From positions 1 to 48,739 of the forward strand of contig MCFE01000663.1 in assembly GCA_002104905.1 (NCBI GenBank): 48,739 nucleotides of DNA, given 5' to 3'. Shown piece by piece: positions 46,300 through 48,739 of the stretch (its first letter is position 1; each line of letters begins with the position of its first letter). Below the pieces are notes generated by a model that saw only the letters and a list, made by a program, of their open reading frames with translations, was not told the DNA's origin and made no database searches. This DNA comes from Basidiobolus meristosporus CBS 931.73 (lineage: Eukaryota > Fungi > Basidiobolomycota). A program made the position numbers and the translations under genes.

Positions 46300-48554
46300 A
46301 GACAGTCACCAACAGGTGAAATCTTTATTTCAGTTGAAACAAAGAAGTCAGCGCTACTGTTGTAGCTTTGATACAAGAGTGTGTAGCTGAGGGGAATTTG
46401 TAGGTAAGTTAATAAGAAGTGATGATAGTTCATCAGTGCTCAAGACACTGTTCAGTGGGAAGGGGGGTAGCAAGAGAGGTAAGAATGACTTGTGAACAAC
46501 ATTAATGAGGGGAATGTGATAAGGATTGATATTCATCATAAAGGGAGTGTGCTGCTGCAGATATTGCTGCCAAAGGTCTGTCAAGTACTTCAGGTAAGCC
46601 AGCTTGGGTTTTTCTGACTGCAGAATATAGTGAGCAAACTTCTTGACTTCAGGATCTCCAAGTATAGTTCTCCAGCAGGAGCCAGGTGTTGTGTGGTGTG
46701 TTCTCTTCCAGGCCTTAATCAGTGGGTTGTTGCAGTTGTGAAGTCTGAGGTATAATCTGGTTCTAAGGTAGAGAAGTCTGATCTTATAGGGCATAAACCC
46801 AAAAGCACCAAGAATAGCATGTCTGTAGGGGCATTCAGGCAAATGAGGCACCAAGGAGGTAATGCACCATACTGCAAACTTGTCAAGCTTAGTGCAGTCT
46901 CTAGAAGTAAGAGAGAGAAGTGGTAAGCCAAATTCCAGGACAGGGAAAACAAACTGCTTGAGTAGAAGGAGGCAGCTTGGAGCTGAAGTTGTAGGAGGAG
47001 TAACAGCCAGTAGCTTGTGGAGTGCCTGTCTTGCCAGGATAATTCTCTTCTTCAGGTGTGCTCCAGAGTCTAGTCCAGTAGGAAGGAAAGGAAAGCCAAG
47101 ATATGTAGCAGAAACCTGAGCAGGTAGAGTGGAGTTCTCCAAGTTGATGGGAGAGCCCAAAGGTACTGTCTTTGCAATGGAAAGCTGGAGATTATTCTTC
47201 TGCAGATACTGGTGGATGGTCTGGGAGTCTTGTTGCACATTGGAGGAGGATATTCTGATGTCATCAGCAAAGAGAGTAACCAGGCAGTCAGCTGAGAGTC
47301 TTGGGAAATCATTCAGGAAGATGGCAAACAGTATAGGACCAAGCACAGAGCCTTGAACCACTCCATTAGGAACTGAGAACACAGCTGATTGCTCACTTGG
47401 GTGCAGAATTCTTGCTTGTGGATCCAGAAACAGAGACCTGACAAGGAGGGTGAGAGAGGTACTGGAGAAGCATTGCAACTTGGACCAAAGCAGATTTCTG
47501 TCAACTGTATCAAAGGCCTTAGAAATATCAAACAGAACAGAGGGATACTTGCACTGGAGAGAGTGATCTTGGCTAAGTATGACTGCATATTCCAAGGAGA
47601 GGCCAGGAACAAAGCCAAACTGTGCAGGATGAAACTTGAGGGAGTCAGAGTAGAGCTCCTGAGCAAGCAGAAGCTCAAACACCTTTCTGCAGGTGGGCAG
47701 CAGAGATATTGGCCTGTAGGAGCTAGGATCCAGGTGCTTTCCTTTACCCTTGTACAGTGGCAGAACATTTGCAAAGGACCATTCCTCAGGAGTAGAAAGC
47801 TGGGCTGAGCATTGCTGAAACAGTGGAAGCAGAAGTGCAGACATGGCCTTGGTACTAGTCTTCAGAAGCTCATAGGAGATTGTGTCCACACCTGGAGCAG
47901 TAGAGTTGGGAAGCCTCTTGAGCACATTATGGATTCTCCTTTGATCAAGTGCAAGTGGGATAGGCAGAGTCTTGAAGTCAGGATGAAAGCCAGGAGCTGA
48001 GTACTGCTTTGTAGAGAAGAAGATGTTAGCCAGCTGTTCTGTTGAAGGTAACTTCCTGGAAGAGGGCCTCATTGCCCTGTAGAGTCTTGATACTGTTCTT
48101 GTTATAGAGTTGGAAGATTGCAGAGGCAAAGAACTCATAATATGATCCCAGAGCTGAGTATGCAGAGTGTGGTGAATTGCCTTGGAGTGGTGTATTGCTG
48201 TCAGGAGGAGTTTCTCTGTTTTTGGGTTAGGGAAACTCAGGTAGCTTTGTTGCAGGGCTGAAACAATGGATTCCCATTTTCTTGAGGTAACAGCAGTAGT
48301 CTTGCATGGCAGTGAGAGGGAGGCAGACACCAGAATCAGATGCTTCACAAAGAGCCAGGCATAGTTGAGATCATCTGGCAGAGAAAGTAGCAAACTGGCA
48401 AGCTTCAAGTAGTTCCCAAAGTCTTTCTTCTGATTCTTGGTAGCGTTGTGGGTGAGCACAGTAAGTTTTGGCAGCTTCTTCTTCACAACTGGTTGCATAG
48501 AAAGGGACCAGGCTGGGTGGTCAGAGGCTCTCAAGGATCCTAACTCAGCTCCAC
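46293..48554 (-). mobile_element. Telomere-associated non-LTR (LINE-type) retroelement, 5' end capped by the telomere, 3' end oligo-C plus telomeric repeats instead of poly(A)
   Basis: RT ORF, ~55 nt 3' UTR with AATAAA and a TCACC/GGTGA hairpin, then CCCCCCC-TAAAA-(CCCTAA)3 on the sense strand. Confidence 0.92.
46354..48534 (-). CDS. Non-LTR reverse transcriptase, 726 uninterrupted codons, 5'-incomplete (no ATG at the start, no complete endonuclease)
   Basis: APGVDTI, WSFANVLPLYKGKG, YRPISLL, QFGF, DISKAFDTV, GVVQGSVLGPILF, FADD, YLG and thumb LKQFVFPVLEFG. Begins at ASDHPAW, like the last motif of an APE endonuclease. No CCHC/REL or RNase H seen. Confidence 0.93.
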   Translation of the reverse strand: MRASDHPAWSLSMQPVVKKKLPKLTVLTHNATKNQKKDFGNYLKLASLLLSLPDDLNYAWLFVKHLILVSASLSLPCKTTAVTSRKWESIVSALQQSYLSFPNPKTEKLLLTAIHHSKAIHHTLHTQLWDHIMSSLPLQSSNSITRTVSRLYRAMRPSSRKLPSTEQLANIFFSTKQYSAPGFHPDFKTLPIPLALDQRRIHNVLKRLPNSTAPGVDTISYELLKTSTKAMSALLLPLFQQCSAQLSTPEEWSFANVLPLYKGKGKHLDPSSYRPISLLPTCRKVFELLLAQELYSDSLKFHPAQFGFVPGLSLEYAVILSQDHSLQCKYPSVLFDISKAFDTVDRNLLWSKLQCFSSTSLTLLVRSLFLDPQARILHPSEQSAVFSVPNGVVQGSVLGPILFAIFLNDFPRLSADCLVTLFADDIRISSSNVQQDSQTIHQYLQKNNLQLSIAKTVPLGSPINLENSTLPAQVSATYLGFPFLPTGLDSGAHLKKRIILARQALHKLLAVTPPTTSAPSCLLLLKQFVFPVLEFGLPLLSLTSRDCTKLDKFAVWCITSLVPHLPECPYRHAILGAFGFMPYKIRLLYLRTRLYLRLHNCNNPLIKAWKRTHHTTPGSCWRTILGDPEVKKFAHYILQSEKPKLAYLKYLTDLWQQYLQQHTPFMMNINPYHIPLINVVHKSFLPLLLPPFPLNSVLSTDELSSLLINLPTNSPQLHTLVSKLQQ

Positions 48555-48739
48555 TTAGGGTTAGGGTTAGGGTTAGGGTTAGGGTTAGGGTTAGGGTTAG
48601 GGTTAGGGTTAGGGTTAGGGTTAGGGTTAGGGTTAGGTTAGGGTTAGGGTTAGGGTTAGGGTTAGGGTTAGGGTTAGGGTTAGGGTTAGGGTTAGGGTTA
48701 GGGTTAGGGTTAGGGTTAGGGTTAGGGTTAGGGTTTAGG
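48555..48739 (+). repeat. Telomere (TTAGGG)n, G-strand running toward the chromosome end
   Basis: 13 perfect units, one TTAGG (48633-48637), 16 perfect units and a terminal TTTAGG; 185 bp to the window end. Confidence 0.99.

Noticed and set aside
46354-48534. Telomerase TERT, Penelope-like (Athena/Coprina) RT or group II intron RT
   Set aside because: Motifs are LINE-type (YRPISLL, DISKAFDTV, QGSVLGP, FADD). There is no TERT T motif, no PLE-type signature that I recognise and no intron RNA context.

Overview
This is the right-hand end of a eukaryotic chromosome. It looks fungal, and the gene set, short GT-AG introns and bacterial-looking intronless genes suggest an early-diverging lineage such as Basidiobolus (inference only). 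The supplied ORF track ignores introns and uses TTG/GTG starts, so I rebuilt the spliced genes by hand. Layout: (1) 1-2358, a nest of Ty1/copia fragments of one family. (2) About 2.9-27.3 kb, a TE-free, intron-rich gene block: Sis1, LEA_2-like membrane protein, a CDF transporter with a degenerate metal site, Gvp36-like BAR protein, a secreted periodic-cysteine peptide plus its pseudogene, Ftr1, Prp4 kinase, an I9 inhibitor, Nhp6 and two tandem Kin4-like kinases that share a near-identical 1.3 kb tract. (3) About 28-37 kb, mostly intronless or decayed accessory genes: bacterial-type GNAT, C2H2 factor, PAF-AH-like pseudogene, Ssu1-like transporter. (4) About 37.3-48.5 kb, a CpG-depleted TE zone with solo and nested LTRs and a full-length copia element (39994-44678, TSD GTATG, half-tRNAiMet PBS). 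(5) The telomere, (TTAGGG)n at 48555-48739. The standout is a telomere-associated non-LTR retroelement system. An intact, almost CpG-free 726-codon LINE-type RT ORF reads inward from the telomere. It has no poly(A) tail and its 3' end is fused to short TTAGGG tracts through a G6-7 run. The same TTAGGGGGG(G)A tail junction occurs three times in tandem, which suggests repeated reverse transcription primed from the G-strand of chromosome ends.
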